Positions 8,426 through 17,807 of a stretch of DNA of 64,000 bases are shown one piece after another. The DNA is from Treponemataceae bacterium (GTDB lineage Bacteria > Spirochaetota > Spirochaetia > Treponematales > Rectinemataceae): contig CAXXHO010000003.1 in the NCBI GenBank assembly GCA_963667725.2, positions 1,088,001 to 1,152,000 of the forward strand, given 5' to 3'. Numbering within the stretch: the stretch's first letter is position 1; every line of letters begins with the position of its first letter. Made by a program: the position numbers and the translations under genes. The notes beneath the pieces were generated by a model. That model made no database searches. It saw only the letters and a program-made list of their open reading frames with translations, and was not told the origin of the DNA.

Positions 8426-10213
8426 ATGACCGATATCAAGAGACTTTGGAAAGAGCGCGTCCACCAGGCGCTGCGGGAGATGGCGGCGAGTTGCGGCCTG
8501 GATGCTGCGGCCATAGGCCTGGACGCCATCGTCGTGGAATTCCCTCCCAAGCCCGAACTGGGCGACATAGGCTTTCCGATGTTCGGCTACGCCAAGCAGA
8601 TGAAAAAAAGTCCGGCGGCCATTGCGCTAGAATTGGAAAGAACGCTGGGGGCTGAGAAGAACGGCTCTTCCGCTGGCGGCGACTCGACCGGAAATAGCGG
8701 AACCGCGAAAGCTGTCGGACCCTATCTCAATGTCTTCCTGAACCGTGTCTCCGCGGGCGCGGAAATACTCCGGCGCGGCGAAAGCTCCGACTGGAATTCC
8801 TCCAAACCCATGGCCGGCCGCAAGGTCATGATAGAATTTTCCTGCCCCAATACGAACAAACCGCTGCACTTGGGCCACCTGCGCAACAACATCCTCGGAG
8901 AGTCTCTCTCCAGGATCACCAAGGCGGCCGGCGCCGATGTCAGGAAAGTGAACCTCATCAACGACCGCGGCGTCCACATATGCAAATCGATGCTCGCCTA
9001 CATGGCTTATGGCCAAGGGCATAGTCCCGAGGACGAAGGGCTCAAGAGCGATCACTTCGTGGGCAAATACTACGTGCTCTTCAATACCTTGAAGGCAGAG
9101 GATCCCAAGGCCGAGGAAAAAGCCCAGGAGCTTCTGCAGAAGTGGGAAGCGGGCGATCCCGAGGTCATCGCGCTTTGGAAAAAGATGAACAAGTGGGCCG
9201 TGGACGGTATCAAGACCACCTATGCCCGGCAGGGTGTGGATTTCGACGCCTACTACTATGAGAGCCTCACCTACATGAAGGGCAAGGACAAGGTCCTCGA
9301 GGGCTTGCGGGAAGGCATCTTCTATCGGGAGGATGACGGTTCGGTCTGGGTCAATCTCGAGGATATCGGCCTCGACAGAAAAGTTCTGCTGCGCAAGGAC
9401 GGAACGAGCATCTATATCACCCAGGACATAGGCACGGCCATCTACCGCCATGCCGACTGGCCCTTCGAGCAGCTCATCTACGTGGTGGCCAGCGAGCAGC
9501 AGTATCATTTCAAAGCCCTTTTCGAGATCCTTAAAAGGCTTGGCTACGATTGGGCCGCCAACCTCTACCATCTAGCCTACGGGCTCGTGAACCTTCCGTC
9601 GGGAAGAATGAAGACAAGGGAAGGCACGGTGGTGGACGCGGATGATCTCATCGACGAGCTGGCGAGCCTGGCTGAGAAGGAAATCGTGGCCAAGGGCCGC
9701 GACGCGACGGTAGGCGACGTTAAGACCGTCTCCGAGAAGGTCGCGCTGGGAGCCCTTCATTACTATCTCCTCCAAACCTCCCCCACGAAGGACATGCTCT
9801 ACGATCCGGAACAATCCCTTTCCTTCACGGGGAATACAGGCCCCTACATCCAGTACATGGGAGCCAGGGCCAGCTCCATCCTTCGCAAATACGGGCAGGG
9901 CGAGGGAAACGCGCGGAATGGGACCGTGTCGATGGCGGCCCTCTCGAGCGACGCCGACTGGAACCTTATACGCAGGCTGACCTCCTTCCCCGAATCCCTC
10001 GAGCTCGCGGCGAGAACCAAGGAACCTTCGGTTATGGCGGCTTATGCCCACGATGTAGCCTCGGATTTTTCCTCCTGGTACAGGGACAACCAAGTGCTGA
10101 ACAGCCCCGATCCCGATCTTTCAGCCAGCAGGGTCGCGCTTGTGAGAGCAGTCAAGGCCACCCTCGAAGCCGTATGTGAAATGCTCTGCATTCCCTTTCT
10201 TGAAGTGATGTGA
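8426..10213 (+). CDS. argS: Arginine--tRNA ligase
   Basis: EFSCPNTNKPLHLGHLRN (HIGH-type), RMKTREG (KMSKS-type), GNTGPYIQY; GGAG before ATG 8426. Confidence 0.96.
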   Translation: MTDIKRLWKERVHQALREMAASCGLDAAAIGLDAIVVEFPPKPELGDIGFPMFGYAKQMKKSPAAIALELERTLGAEKNGSSAGGDSTGNSGTAKAVGPYLNVFLNRVSAGAEILRRGESSDWNSSKPMAGRKVMIEFSCPNTNKPLHLGHLRNNILGESLSRITKAAGADVRKVNLINDRGVHICKSMLAYMAYGQGHSPEDEGLKSDHFVGKYYVLFNTLKAEDPKAEEKAQELLQKWEAGDPEVIALWKKMNKWAVDGIKTTYARQGVDFDAYYYESLTYMKGKDKVLEGLREGIFYREDDGSVWVNLEDIGLDRKVLLRKDGTSIYITQDIGTAIYRHADWPFEQLIYVVASEQQYHFKALFEILKRLGYDWAANLYHLAYGLVNLPSGRMKTREGTVVDADDLIDELASLAEKEIVAKGRDATVGDVKTVSEKVALGALHYYLLQTSPTKDMLYDPEQSLSFTGNTGPYIQYMGARASSILRKYGQGEGNARNGTVSMAALSSDADWNLIRRLTSFPESLELAARTKEPSVMAAYAHDVASDFSSWYRDNQVLNSPDPDLSASRVALVRAVKATLEAVCEMLCIPFLEVM

Positions 10214-10267
10214 GAGGGAAGAAAGGCCATAAGCGTAGATTCCACGTAACATTAATCTGCCTATGGG

Positions 10268-10297
10268 TTGACATCCTGGGCCCGCGCGGTGTATAAA
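10268..10297 (+). promoter_or_regulatory. Sigma70-type promoter of rplU-rpmA
   Basis: TTGACA-18 nt-TATAAA. Confidence 0.65.
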
Positions 10298-10335
10298 ACT
10301 GCGCTACGTATGGATTTTTGACGAGGATAGCAAAG

Positions 10336-10650
10336 ATGTATGCAGTTGTAGAAATTAACGGAAAACAATATCGCGCCGAACAAGGCAAAGCCCTGACGGT
10401 GGACAGGATCGACGAAGAAGCAGGCTCGAACGTTTCGTTCGACAAGGTTCTTCTGCTCTCCGGAGAAGCCGGGGTGAAAATCGGCAGTCCCTATGTCGAA
10501 GGCGCCAGCGTAAAGGCTGTCATCGACGCGGAGATAAAGGCCGACAAAGTCATCGTGTTCAAGTACAAGCCCAAGAAGGACTACAGGCGAACGCAGGGAC
10601 ACAGACAGCGCTACACGGTACTCAAGGTTCAGGAAATTATCGGCGCCTGA
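10336..10650 (+). CDS. rplU: 50S ribosomal protein L21
   Basis: MYAVVEINGKQY, IGSPYV, GHRQRYT; GAGG upstream. Confidence 0.97.
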   Translation: MYAVVEINGKQYRAEQGKALTVDRIDEEAGSNVSFDKVLLLSGEAGVKIGSPYVEGASVKAVIDAEIKADKVIVFKYKPKKDYRRTQGHRQRYTVLKVQEIIGA

Positions 10651-10677
10651 CGCGCCAAAAGCATAGGGGAGAATATC

Positions 10678-10923
10678 ATGCCACACAAGGGTGTAAATGG
10701 TCGCGACTCGAATCCTCAGCATCTTGGCGTTAAGAAGTTTGCGAACGAGGCGGTTCTCGCCGGTTCCATCATCGTCAGGCAGCGGGGCAGCAAGATCAAT
10801 CCGGGACTCAATGTCGGAATCGGCAAGGACGATACGCTTTTCGCCCTCGTCGACGGAATGGTTTCCTTCAAGGAAGTCAAGGGCAAGAAATTCGCCCAAG
10901 TCGAGCCTTTCCCGGCTGAATAA
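10678..10923 (+). CDS. rpmA: 50S ribosomal protein L27 (short N-terminus)
   Basis: [34 protein letters not shown]. Confidence 0.97.
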   Translation: MPHKGVNGRDSNPQHLGVKKFANEAVLAGSIIVRQRGSKINPGLNVGIGKDDTLFALVDGMVSFKEVKGKKFAQVEPFPAE

Positions 10924-10968
10924 TTCGAATACGGAATATTTCCGTGCCGCGTTCTGCGGCACGGCCAG

Positions 10969-10997
10969 GAGCCGCTCGATGTCGGGCGGCTCTTTTT
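10969..10997 (+). terminator. Intrinsic terminator or attenuator between rpmA and obgE
   Basis: GAGCCGCTCGA/TCGGGCGGCTC stem followed by T5; preceded by a second 9-bp hairpin at 10942-10964. Confidence 0.65.
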
Positions 10998-11049
10998 GCG
11001 TCTTGCCGCATGGCATTCGAATTGGTATTTTCTCTTAACGGAGTCACTT

Positions 11050-12210
11050 GTGATAAAATTCGCGGATGAGGCGACGATTACCGTCGCATCGGGAAAAGGC
11101 GGCGATGGCTGCGTAGCGTTCCGGCGCGAAAAGTACATACCCATGGGCGGTCCTTCCGGCGGCGATGGCGGAAAGGGCGGCGACGTCATCTTCCTCGTTA
11201 AAAGCAATGTCAGAACCCTTTCCTTCCTGCGCTTCAGGCAGACATTCAAGGCTCAGAACGGCATCCCCGGCATGGGCAGGAATATGCACGGCAAGGACGG
11301 CGAGGATATCGTCATTCCCGTACCTCCGGGCACCGTCGTCAAGGACGCCGAAACGGACGAAATCATCAAGGATTTCGGTTCCGCTTCAGGCGGCCGAAGC
11401 GTGAAAGAAGGCGAAAGCTGGGTTTTTCTCAAGGGCGGAAAGGGCGGCTGGGGTAATACGCATTTCAAGAATTCCGTAAACCAGGCCCCGAAAATTTCGA
11501 TGCCGGGACAGCCGGGCCATGAGAGGAAACTCAAGATAGAGTTGAGCCTCATCGCCGACGTAGGCTTGGTGGGTTTCCCGAACGCCGGCAAATCAAGTCT
11601 CCTGGACGCTTTTACGAACGCGCGACCTAAAATCGCTCCCTATCCTTTCACGACCAAGATTCCGAACCTGGGGGTTCTGAGCCTCCACGACCGCGACATA
11701 ATCCTGGCCGACATTCCCGGCATCATAGAGGGCGCGCACGACGGCGCCGGACTGGGAATACGGTTCCTGAAGCACATAGCCCGCACGGCCTGTCTCGCCT
11801 TTCTAGTTGACCTGTCCGATGAAAACTGGAAAAGCGCCTTCACCGTCCTTAAAAGTGAGCTGCAGTCGTTCTCGCCGGTGCTTGCGCAGAAATCCAGAAT
11901 CATCATAGGGACGAAGCTCGACCTGCCCGAGGCTAAGGAGCGCTTCTCGGAATTCGCGGCCCAGTTCCCCGGCGAGACCATCTTCGGAATTTCCGTTTTC
12001 AGCACCGAGGGGCTGGATGAGCTGAAGGAAGCACTTTTCCGGCAGGTTGTCGATTACGAGAAAGCCAGCGAAAAGGAAAAGGCGAACGGGATGACAGGCG
12101 GATTTTTCGACACGAGCGCTTTCGATACGGACACTTTCGATAGCGGAGCCAGCGCTGTCGGCGACAATGCGGCAGGCAATGACGGGGCGGGAGAGGATCA
12201 GCTCAGGTGA
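11050..12210 (+). CDS. obgE: GTPase ObgE
   Basis: [46 protein letters not shown] start. Confidence 0.97.
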   Translation: MIKFADEATITVASGKGGDGCVAFRREKYIPMGGPSGGDGGKGGDVIFLVKSNVRTLSFLRFRQTFKAQNGIPGMGRNMHGKDGEDIVIPVPPGTVVKDAETDEIIKDFGSASGGRSVKEGESWVFLKGGKGGWGNTHFKNSVNQAPKISMPGQPGHERKLKIELSLIADVGLVGFPNAGKSSLLDAFTNARPKIAPYPFTTKIPNLGVLSLHDRDIILADIPGIIEGAHDGAGLGIRFLKHIARTACLAFLVDLSDENWKSAFTVLKSELQSFSPVLAQKSRIIIGTKLDLPEAKERFSEFAAQFPGETIFGISVFSTEGLDELKEALFRQVVDYEKASEKEKANGMTGGFFDTSAFDTDTFDSGASAVGDNAAGNDGAGEDQLR

Positions 12211-12785
12211 AAACCGCCATCTTCGGTGGGACGTTCAATCCGGTTCATATCGGCCATCTTGTCATAGCCGAGGAAGTGCTCGCTCAGACCGACTGCGATA
12301 GGATACTATTCATACCAGCCTATAATCCTCCGCATAAGAGTATAGATGACCCCGGTCCCGCCCTTCGGCTGGAGATGCTGGAGAAGAGCGTACAAGGCAA
12401 TCCAAGATTCAGCGTCAGCGACTGCGAAATCCGCAGGTCGGGCGTTTCCTACAGCATAGACACCATCCGCTATCTTGTCGGCAATGGTCTCGTCGAAGCC
12501 AAACCCAGCCTCATCATGGGCGACGATCTCATAGCGGGCTTTGACGGCTGGAAGGAAGCGGATGCCATTCTGCGCGAGAGTTCCCTTATCGTCGTGCACC
12601 GGCTTTCCGATACCAGACTCCCCATGAACCATTCCCATCGCTATATCGATAACGCGATATTCCCTGTGTCGTCCACGATCGTCAGGGAAAAAATCGCCCA
12701 AAAGAAAGCCTGGCGCTATCTGGTGCCCGAAGCCGCGCGGAAAATCATCGAGGAGCATGGACTATATGGACTCCAGAAGTCTTGA
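12207..12785 (+). CDS. nadD: Nicotinate-nucleotide adenylyltransferase
   Basis: GGTFNPVHIGH, PPHK, SYSIDT, VSSTIVRE. Confidence 0.95.
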   Translation: MKTAIFGGTFNPVHIGHLVIAEEVLAQTDCDRILFIPAYNPPHKSIDDPGPALRLEMLEKSVQGNPRFSVSDCEIRRSGVSYSIDTIRYLVGNGLVEAKPSLIMGDDLIAGFDGWKEADAILRESSLIVVHRLSDTRLPMNHSHRYIDNAIFPVSSTIVREKIAQKKAWRYLVPEAARKIIEEHGLYGLQKS

Positions 12786-13380
12786 ACCTCTTGTCCGCGG
12801 CAATTTGAACGAATTCTGCAAGCCCTCGCGGATCGAGCATTCGCTGTCGGTGGCGGCGATGGCTTCCAGACTATGCGTCCGGTTTGGGCAGGATCCCGAA
12901 GATGGCTATGTCGCCGGTCTCGCCCACGACCTCATGAAGGACAAGCCCGTGGAATTCCAGTGGGAGCTGGCCAGGGAGGCCGCTTCCGAGCCTGGTCTCG
13001 ACTTTATCGCTTCCGTCGTCAGCCGCATGGATGAGGAAAGGTCTTTCGCCGACAAGATCATCCATGGTCCCGCCGCGGCAGTCTTCCTGCGTCGCGAGCG
13101 CGAGGTTCGGGACCATGACATGCTCGAAGCCGTAGCCCTCCATTCGTCGGCATCAGCGTCCATGTCGGAGCTCGCCAAGATAATTTTCGTAGCGGACAAG
13201 ATGGAGCCGCGGCGCGATTACATCACGCAGGACGAATTGTCGCAGGTCGAAATCCTTGACCTGGACGCCCTTTTACTTTACGCGCTGAACTTGAGCATGG
13301 GCTGGCTCAGGAAAAATAACCACGCTATTGCCCAAAGCACTCTCGACTTATACAATGCCCTCACGATGAGTGATAATTGA
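12757..13380 (+). CDS. yqeK: HD-domain symmetrical Ap4A hydrolase, YqeK family
   Basis: RIEHS, GLAHD, IIHG, VADKMEP; follows nadD. Confidence 0.85.
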   Translation: MDYMDSRSLEPLVRGNLNEFCKPSRIEHSLSVAAMASRLCVRFGQDPEDGYVAGLAHDLMKDKPVEFQWELAREAASEPGLDFIASVVSRMDEERSFADKIIHGPAAAVFLRREREVRDHDMLEAVALHSSASASMSELAKIIFVADKMEPRRDYITQDELSQVEILDLDALLLYALNLSMGWLRKNNHAIAQSTLDLYNALTMSDN

Positions 13381-13381
13381 A

Positions 13382-14557
13382 ATGAGAAAAATCAGATTCA
13401 ATAAAAGCCATATTCTTCTATGGGTAATTCTGGCGCTTTTCGCCTCCGCTGTCGTCGTCGGCGCCGTGGCGCTGAGGGCTGAGAGTCTTTCGATGCAGCT
13501 GAAGACCGACAGGCCGATCAATATCCTCCTCATTTTCGAGCAGAGGAATAAGCCGGTTTCGACGCAACTTCTGATGTTCTACGCTTCCAAATCCAAGGCG
13601 GCCCTCCTCGATATACCGGCCAATACGGCAGTCATCCTTAAGACGATCAAGCGCATGGACAGGATCGACTATATATACAAAGCGGGCAGCCCCAAGAATT
13701 TCCTGACCGAGATATCAAGCTACCTCGATATCCCCTTGAACGGATATCTTCTTTTCAACGAGAAAAGCCTCAGCACCATGGTCGACCTCCTCGATGGACT
13801 CCAGCTTTTCATACCGTCCATGATCATCCAGGAAGGCGAGGCGGGAGTGATGCTCCCCGGCGGCGCGGTAAACCTCGACGGCGACAAAGTATCGCAGTAC
13901 CTTCGTTATAAAGAAGAGAACGAGAGCGAGGGCGACACCCTCGTGCGGAGGCAGAAACTGTCCATAGCCTTGCTTAAAAAACTCTCCGACAAGTCCAAGT
14001 ATTTTGACGATAAAAGGGCGTCGGCGACCCTCGCAGCGGCCATGGACAGCAATTTCAACGCCGAGGCCAAAAAGATGCTGGTCCGGGAGATAGCGAAGCT
14101 GGACGCCGATTCCATTCTCCTGCAGAAAATCACCGGAATATACAGGAACGTGGAGGGACAGAGCCTTTTCTTTCCTTTCTACGACGGGGAGCTGGCCCGC
14201 GACATGCTTAAGCAGACGCTCAATGCCATGAACGCTTCAAATGTCGCGTCATCGAGCAGCAAGATCTATACGGTGGAGATCCTGAACGGCACGACGGAGA
14301 GGGGGCTAGCCGCCCGAACCGCCGAAATATTCGGCAGCTTCGGCTACGATGTCGTTGCCGTAGGTAACGCCGCCACCTTGGATTACGCGAAAACAGTCCT
14401 GATCGATCGTTTTGGCGACAAGGAAGCCTTGTCCTCAATCGCCGGCGTCATTAAATGTACGAACTTCTCCGAAGCGGCCGAATACACCGGAAAAATAAAG
14501 GCCGACTATACGATAATTCTGGGGAATGATTTCAATGGGAGGGTTTGTGTCCGATAG
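13382..14557 (+). CDS. LCP (LytR-CpsA-Psr) family membrane protein with LytR C-terminal domain
   Basis: N-terminal TM, INILLI, LDIP, LDGDKVSQYLRY, RRQ; C-terminal VEILNGT..GLA...IILGNDF; start uncertain (13370 or 13382). Confidence 0.8.
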   Translation: MRKIRFNKSHILLWVILALFASAVVVGAVALRAESLSMQLKTDRPINILLIFEQRNKPVSTQLLMFYASKSKAALLDIPANTAVILKTIKRMDRIDYIYKAGSPKNFLTEISSYLDIPLNGYLLFNEKSLSTMVDLLDGLQLFIPSMIIQEGEAGVMLPGGAVNLDGDKVSQYLRYKEENESEGDTLVRRQKLSIALLKKLSDKSKYFDDKRASATLAAAMDSNFNAEAKKMLVREIAKLDADSILLQKITGIYRNVEGQSLFFPFYDGELARDMLKQTLNAMNASNVASSSSKIYTVEILNGTTERGLAARTAEIFGSFGYDVVAVGNAATLDYAKTVLIDRFGDKEALSSIAGVIKCTNFSEAAEYTGKIKADYTIILGNDFNGRVCVR

Positions 14558-14927
14558 TAAATCGCTTGCATTCAATATCGCGTCCATTCTCGCCGAGCAT
14601 AAAGCCGGCGATGTGGTCGTGATGGATCTGACGGGGATCGCCGGATGGACGGATTATTTCGTCATTGGCACCAGCACCTCGATTACCCACCTGCGCGGCC
14701 TGTCACGTTTCGTGGACGCCTATCTCACGGAGGTTAAGCAGAAACCGCTCAATAAACCCGTGGCCACGGAGGATGAAAGCTGGCTTCTCCATGACTTTGG
14801 CGATGTAATCGTTCATATCATGAGTCAGGAAGCGCGAACATTCTACGAGCTGGAAAAGCTTTGGTTCAAGGCAAAAGTCTTCAAGATCGAAGCGTCTCCC
14901 GGCAGACAGGAAACGGCGGAGGAGTAA
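14547..14927 (+). CDS. rsfS: Ribosome silencing factor RsfS (Iojap)
   Basis: TDYFVIGT, WLLHDFGDVIVHIM, RTFYELEKLW; GGAGG before GTG 14547. Confidence 0.93.
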   Translation: MSDSKSLAFNIASILAEHKAGDVVVMDLTGIAGWTDYFVIGTSTSITHLRGLSRFVDAYLTEVKQKPLNKPVATEDESWLLHDFGDVIVHIMSQEARTFYELEKLWFKAKVFKIEASPGRQETAEE

Positions 14928-14965
14928 CCGCATCAGGCTCTTTGAGATTAGGCTCTTCAAGGCAT

Positions 14966-15013
14966 AAAAAGAAGGCTGCCCGGCGATGAAACCTCGCGGA
15001 CAGCCTTCTTTTT
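14966..15013. terminator. Bidirectional intrinsic terminator
   Basis: AAAAAGAAGGCTG ... CAGCCTTCTTTTT perfect 13-bp inverted repeat between convergent genes. Confidence 0.8.
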
Positions 15014-15034
15014 CGTTTCTAACGTTACGGCGCT

Positions 15035-15370
15035 TTACTCGTCGAGATCGTCATACTCCACGTCGTCATCGTAGCCGAACTCGTCATCGTCGTCATCGTC
15101 GAAATCGTCGTCTTCGTCATCGAAGTCGTCGTCATCGTCGAAATCATCGTCTTCGTCGTCAAAATCGTCGTCATCATCGAACTCGTCTTCGTCGTCGCTC
15201 ATATCATCCTCTTCCTCGTCGAAATCCTCATAATCGGCGTCATAGCTGTCATCAAAATGAACCGGGGAACGGAGCACAAAACCCGCGTTTTCTATAGAGC
15301 CTTCTCCGGCTATCGTAACAAGTTCGTATTCCGATTCAGTCGATGCAAATGCGCTATAAATGGGGGTCAT
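15035..15370 (-). CDS. Small highly acidic protein (111 aa, poly-Asp with periodic Phe/Tyr), function unknown
   Basis: GGAGG before ATG 15370, TTGACG-17 nt-CATAGT upstream, terminator downstream; synonymous variation among Asp codons. Confidence 0.8.
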   Translation of the reverse strand: MTPIYSAFASTESEYELVTIAGEGSIENAGFVLRSPVHFDDSYDADYEDFDEEEDDMSDDEDEFDDDDDFDDEDDDFDDDDDFDDEDDDFDDDDDDEFGYDDDVEYDDLDE

Positions 15371-15562
15371 CGCAGTTTCCTCCCTCACCTTACCATCGAA
15401 AAGTCTCAAAGCCTGCGTACTATGCTTACATTAAGCGGGCGCGTCAAGCCCCATTTATTTCATCTGGCAACGAAAATCTAAAGAGCATATTGGAATCTGT
15501 CAACTGCAAAAACGTATTTTCAGGCAAAAAAAGAACAAGATAGGGTAAAGGAGAAAAAATCT

Positions 15563-15591
15563 TTGACACAGAACCCTTTTGATACTAGATT
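15563..15591 (+). promoter_or_regulatory. Sigma70-type promoter of ispE
   Basis: TTGACA-17 nt-TAGATT, 8 nt before ATG 15600. Confidence 0.7.
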
Positions 15592-15599
15592 CTTAGTCC

Positions 15600-16535
15600 A
15601 TGAAGCGTGAAATCGCGATCGAAGCCTTCGCGAAGATCAATATCGGGCTTGAGATCGGGAAAACCCGTCCGGACGGCTATCATCCCATCCTTGGCATTTT
15701 CCAGTCGGTGGGCATATCAGACAAAATAGTCTTTTCAAGGCGGGAATCCGGGGGCATCGCCGTCGAAGGCGCCTTCGATTGCCGCCCCGAGGACACGACG
15801 GTCTATAAGGCGGCCGATCTGTTCAGTAAGCGGTACGGAATGCCGGGTGGTTTCACCGCTTTCGTGGAAAAAGGCATACCCTCGAAGGCCGGCCTGGGCG
15901 GAGGTTCGGCCGACGCCGCGGCCGCCATTGTAGCCCTGGACAGGCTTTATGGCACTCACCTTGCCGCTTCCGAACTACGCGAAATGGCTGCCCGCATCGG
16001 CGCCGACGTCCCATTCTTCCTCTCCGGCGGCGCGGCCATAGTCTCAGGCATTGGCGATATCATTGAACCCATCGAACCCCGAAGCGATTTCGCCATTCTC
16101 CTCATCCAACCGAATTTCGGCGTGTCGACCAAATGGGCCTTTGCCGAATTGGATTCGTTCCGGCGTTGCGATGAAGCGTCCTCCAATGCCGAAGATGATC
16201 CTGGGGATCTTGATATCCGTAAAGGCGAGCTTCTGTCCGCCTATAGAGGCCCGCTCGAAGCGTGGAGGTTCGATAATTCCTTCAGGAAGATGCTGTACCA
16301 TAATTTCCCCGTTTATGTCGATCTGGAAAAGATGCTCAGGAAAGCGGGGGCGCTTCATGTTTCCATAACGGGATCGGGTTCCTGCATGTACGGAGTGTTC
16401 GGCTCGATCGAGGATGCCCATCTCGCGGAAGCGAAGCTGAAGTCCGGAGCCGATGACGGAAATGCGGAAAATACCTTATACGGCATGGGGTTGCATCCAA
16501 TAAAACCGCTTGAAACAAGTCTGTATCTAGGCTAA
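15600..16535 (+). CDS. ispE: 4-diphosphocytidyl-2-C-methyl-D-erythritol kinase
   Basis: [44 protein letters not shown]. Confidence 0.96.
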   Translation: MKREIAIEAFAKINIGLEIGKTRPDGYHPILGIFQSVGISDKIVFSRRESGGIAVEGAFDCRPEDTTVYKAADLFSKRYGMPGGFTAFVEKGIPSKAGLGGGSADAAAAIVALDRLYGTHLAASELREMAARIGADVPFFLSGGAAIVSGIGDIIEPIEPRSDFAILLIQPNFGVSTKWAFAELDSFRRCDEASSNAEDDPGDLDIRKGELLSAYRGPLEAWRFDNSFRKMLYHNFPVYVDLEKMLRKAGALHVSITGSGSCMYGVFGSIEDAHLAEAKLKSGADDGNAENTLYGMGLHPIKPLETSLYLG

Positions 16536-16578
16536 AATCCAAATATGTAACTGCGTACACAAAAGGAGCGTCCTTACT

Positions 16579-16863
16579 ATGGAAATTACGGACATCCGAA
16601 TCCGCAAAGTTCCGACTGAGGGGAAGTTGAAGGCGTATGTAACCGTCACCTTTGATGAATGCTTCGTGGTGCACAATGTGAAGATAATCGAGGGGAAGAA
16701 CGGAGTCTTCATCGCGATGCCCAGCAGAAGGACGAACACGGGGGAGTACAAGGATATCGCTCACCCGATATGTCCGAATTTCAGAACGCGCCTTCAGGAG
16801 CGAATACTCGCGGCCTATGCTTCAGACGCTGGAACCGACGCGACAGTCCCGGAATTCGACTGA
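16579..16863 (+). CDS. spoVG: Nucleic-acid-binding regulator SpoVG
   Basis: [34 protein letters not shown]. Confidence 0.96.
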   Translation: MEITDIRIRKVPTEGKLKAYVTVTFDECFVVHNVKIIEGKNGVFIAMPSRRTNTGEYKDIAHPICPNFRTRLQERILAAYASDAGTDATVPEFD

Positions 16864-16903
16864 TCTAGCAGCAGCACCGAGCGCTGGACAGATACTCAGA
16901 ATT

Positions 16904-16975
16904 TGGGACGTCGGCAAGCGGTAAGCCCCCGGGTTTTGGTCCCGGTATTCGCAGGTTCGAATCCTGCCGTCCCAG
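16904..16975 (+). tRNA. tRNA-Gln (TTG)
   Basis: Acceptor TGGGACG/CGTCCCA, anticodon arm CCGGG-TTTTGGT-CCCGG, T-arm GGTTCGAATCC; CCA not encoded. Confidence 0.95.
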
Positions 16976-17014
16976 TACGGCTTAAAAAGCCAAATGCGTA
17001 AGGAGAGATTCAGT

Positions 17015-17686
17015 ATGGAACACTTTGTGATTCAGGCATTCAATAGAGAAAAATCGACGAAGGGACAGCTCAATCAATATAGGATTGACGGCAAGATTCC
17101 CGCTGTCGTATACGGCGGCGGCAAGTCAGCCAGCAATCTGCTGGTCAATGCTAAGGAATACGAAAAAGCCCTGAAGAGCATCACCGAAAGTACGATCATC
17201 ACCCTCGATATCGAAGGCAAGAAAATCAACGCTTTCGTGAAGGATCATCAGCGCCACGCGGTCGAGAAGTATGTGCTTCACATCGATTTCCTCGAAGTGC
17301 AGGAAGGCAAGAAGCTGCATGCTCGCGTCAGGCTGATTCTCAAGGGAACACCTGTCGGCGTTGTCGAAGGCGGCATCCTGGAGAACCCGGCTCACGATAT
17401 CGAAGTCGAGTGCGATCCCTCCGTACTGCCCGAGAGAATTGAAATCGACGTTTCCGGTCTGGGCGTCAACCACGCTTTCCATGTCCGCGATTTGACCCTG
17501 TCGCCCGAGGTTAAGGTGCTCACGAGCCCCGACCAGGTAATCGCCATCGTCAAGTACGCGCGCGAGGAAGTGGAAGAGAAGCCGGCCGAAGCCGCCGCCG
17601 AAGCAGTCGCGGGCGAAGCCGCAGCTGCCGCGCCGGAAGCCGCCGCAGCCACCGCAGCCGCTCCGGAGGCGAAGGCGAAGGCTTAA
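17015..17686 (+). CDS. rplY: 50S ribosomal protein L25/Ctc
   Basis: GKIPAVVYG, LHIDFL, GTPVGV..GG; Ala/Glu-rich tail; AGGAG before ATG 17015. Confidence 0.95.
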   Translation: MEHFVIQAFNREKSTKGQLNQYRIDGKIPAVVYGGGKSASNLLVNAKEYEKALKSITESTIITLDIEGKKINAFVKDHQRHAVEKYVLHIDFLEVQEGKKLHARVRLILKGTPVGVVEGGILENPAHDIEVECDPSVLPERIEIDVSGLGVNHAFHVRDLTLSPEVKVLTSPDQVIAIVKYAREEVEEKPAEAAAEAVAGEAAAAAPEAAAATAAAPEAKAKA

Positions 17687-17714
17687 TTCGGGACTGTTTT
17701 CGCGAAAACAATTG

Positions 17715-17749
17715 CAGTTTTGCGGGACTTCCCGCAAAACTGTTTTTTT
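17715..17749 (+). terminator. Intrinsic terminator after rplY
   Basis: CAGTTTTGCGGG-ACTT-CCCGCAAAACTG followed by T7. Confidence 0.85.
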
Positions 17750-17807
17750 ATCCGAAAGCCTAAGGATATGCGGACGGAACATGAATGAATCCTGGGGTCT
17801 ACTATAG

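Noticed and set aside
14986..15297. Arg/His-rich, protamine-like 103-aa ORF on the + strand
   Set aside because: It is the antisense shadow of the GAC/GAT repeats of the poly-Asp gene, starts inside the terminator hairpin and has no SD.
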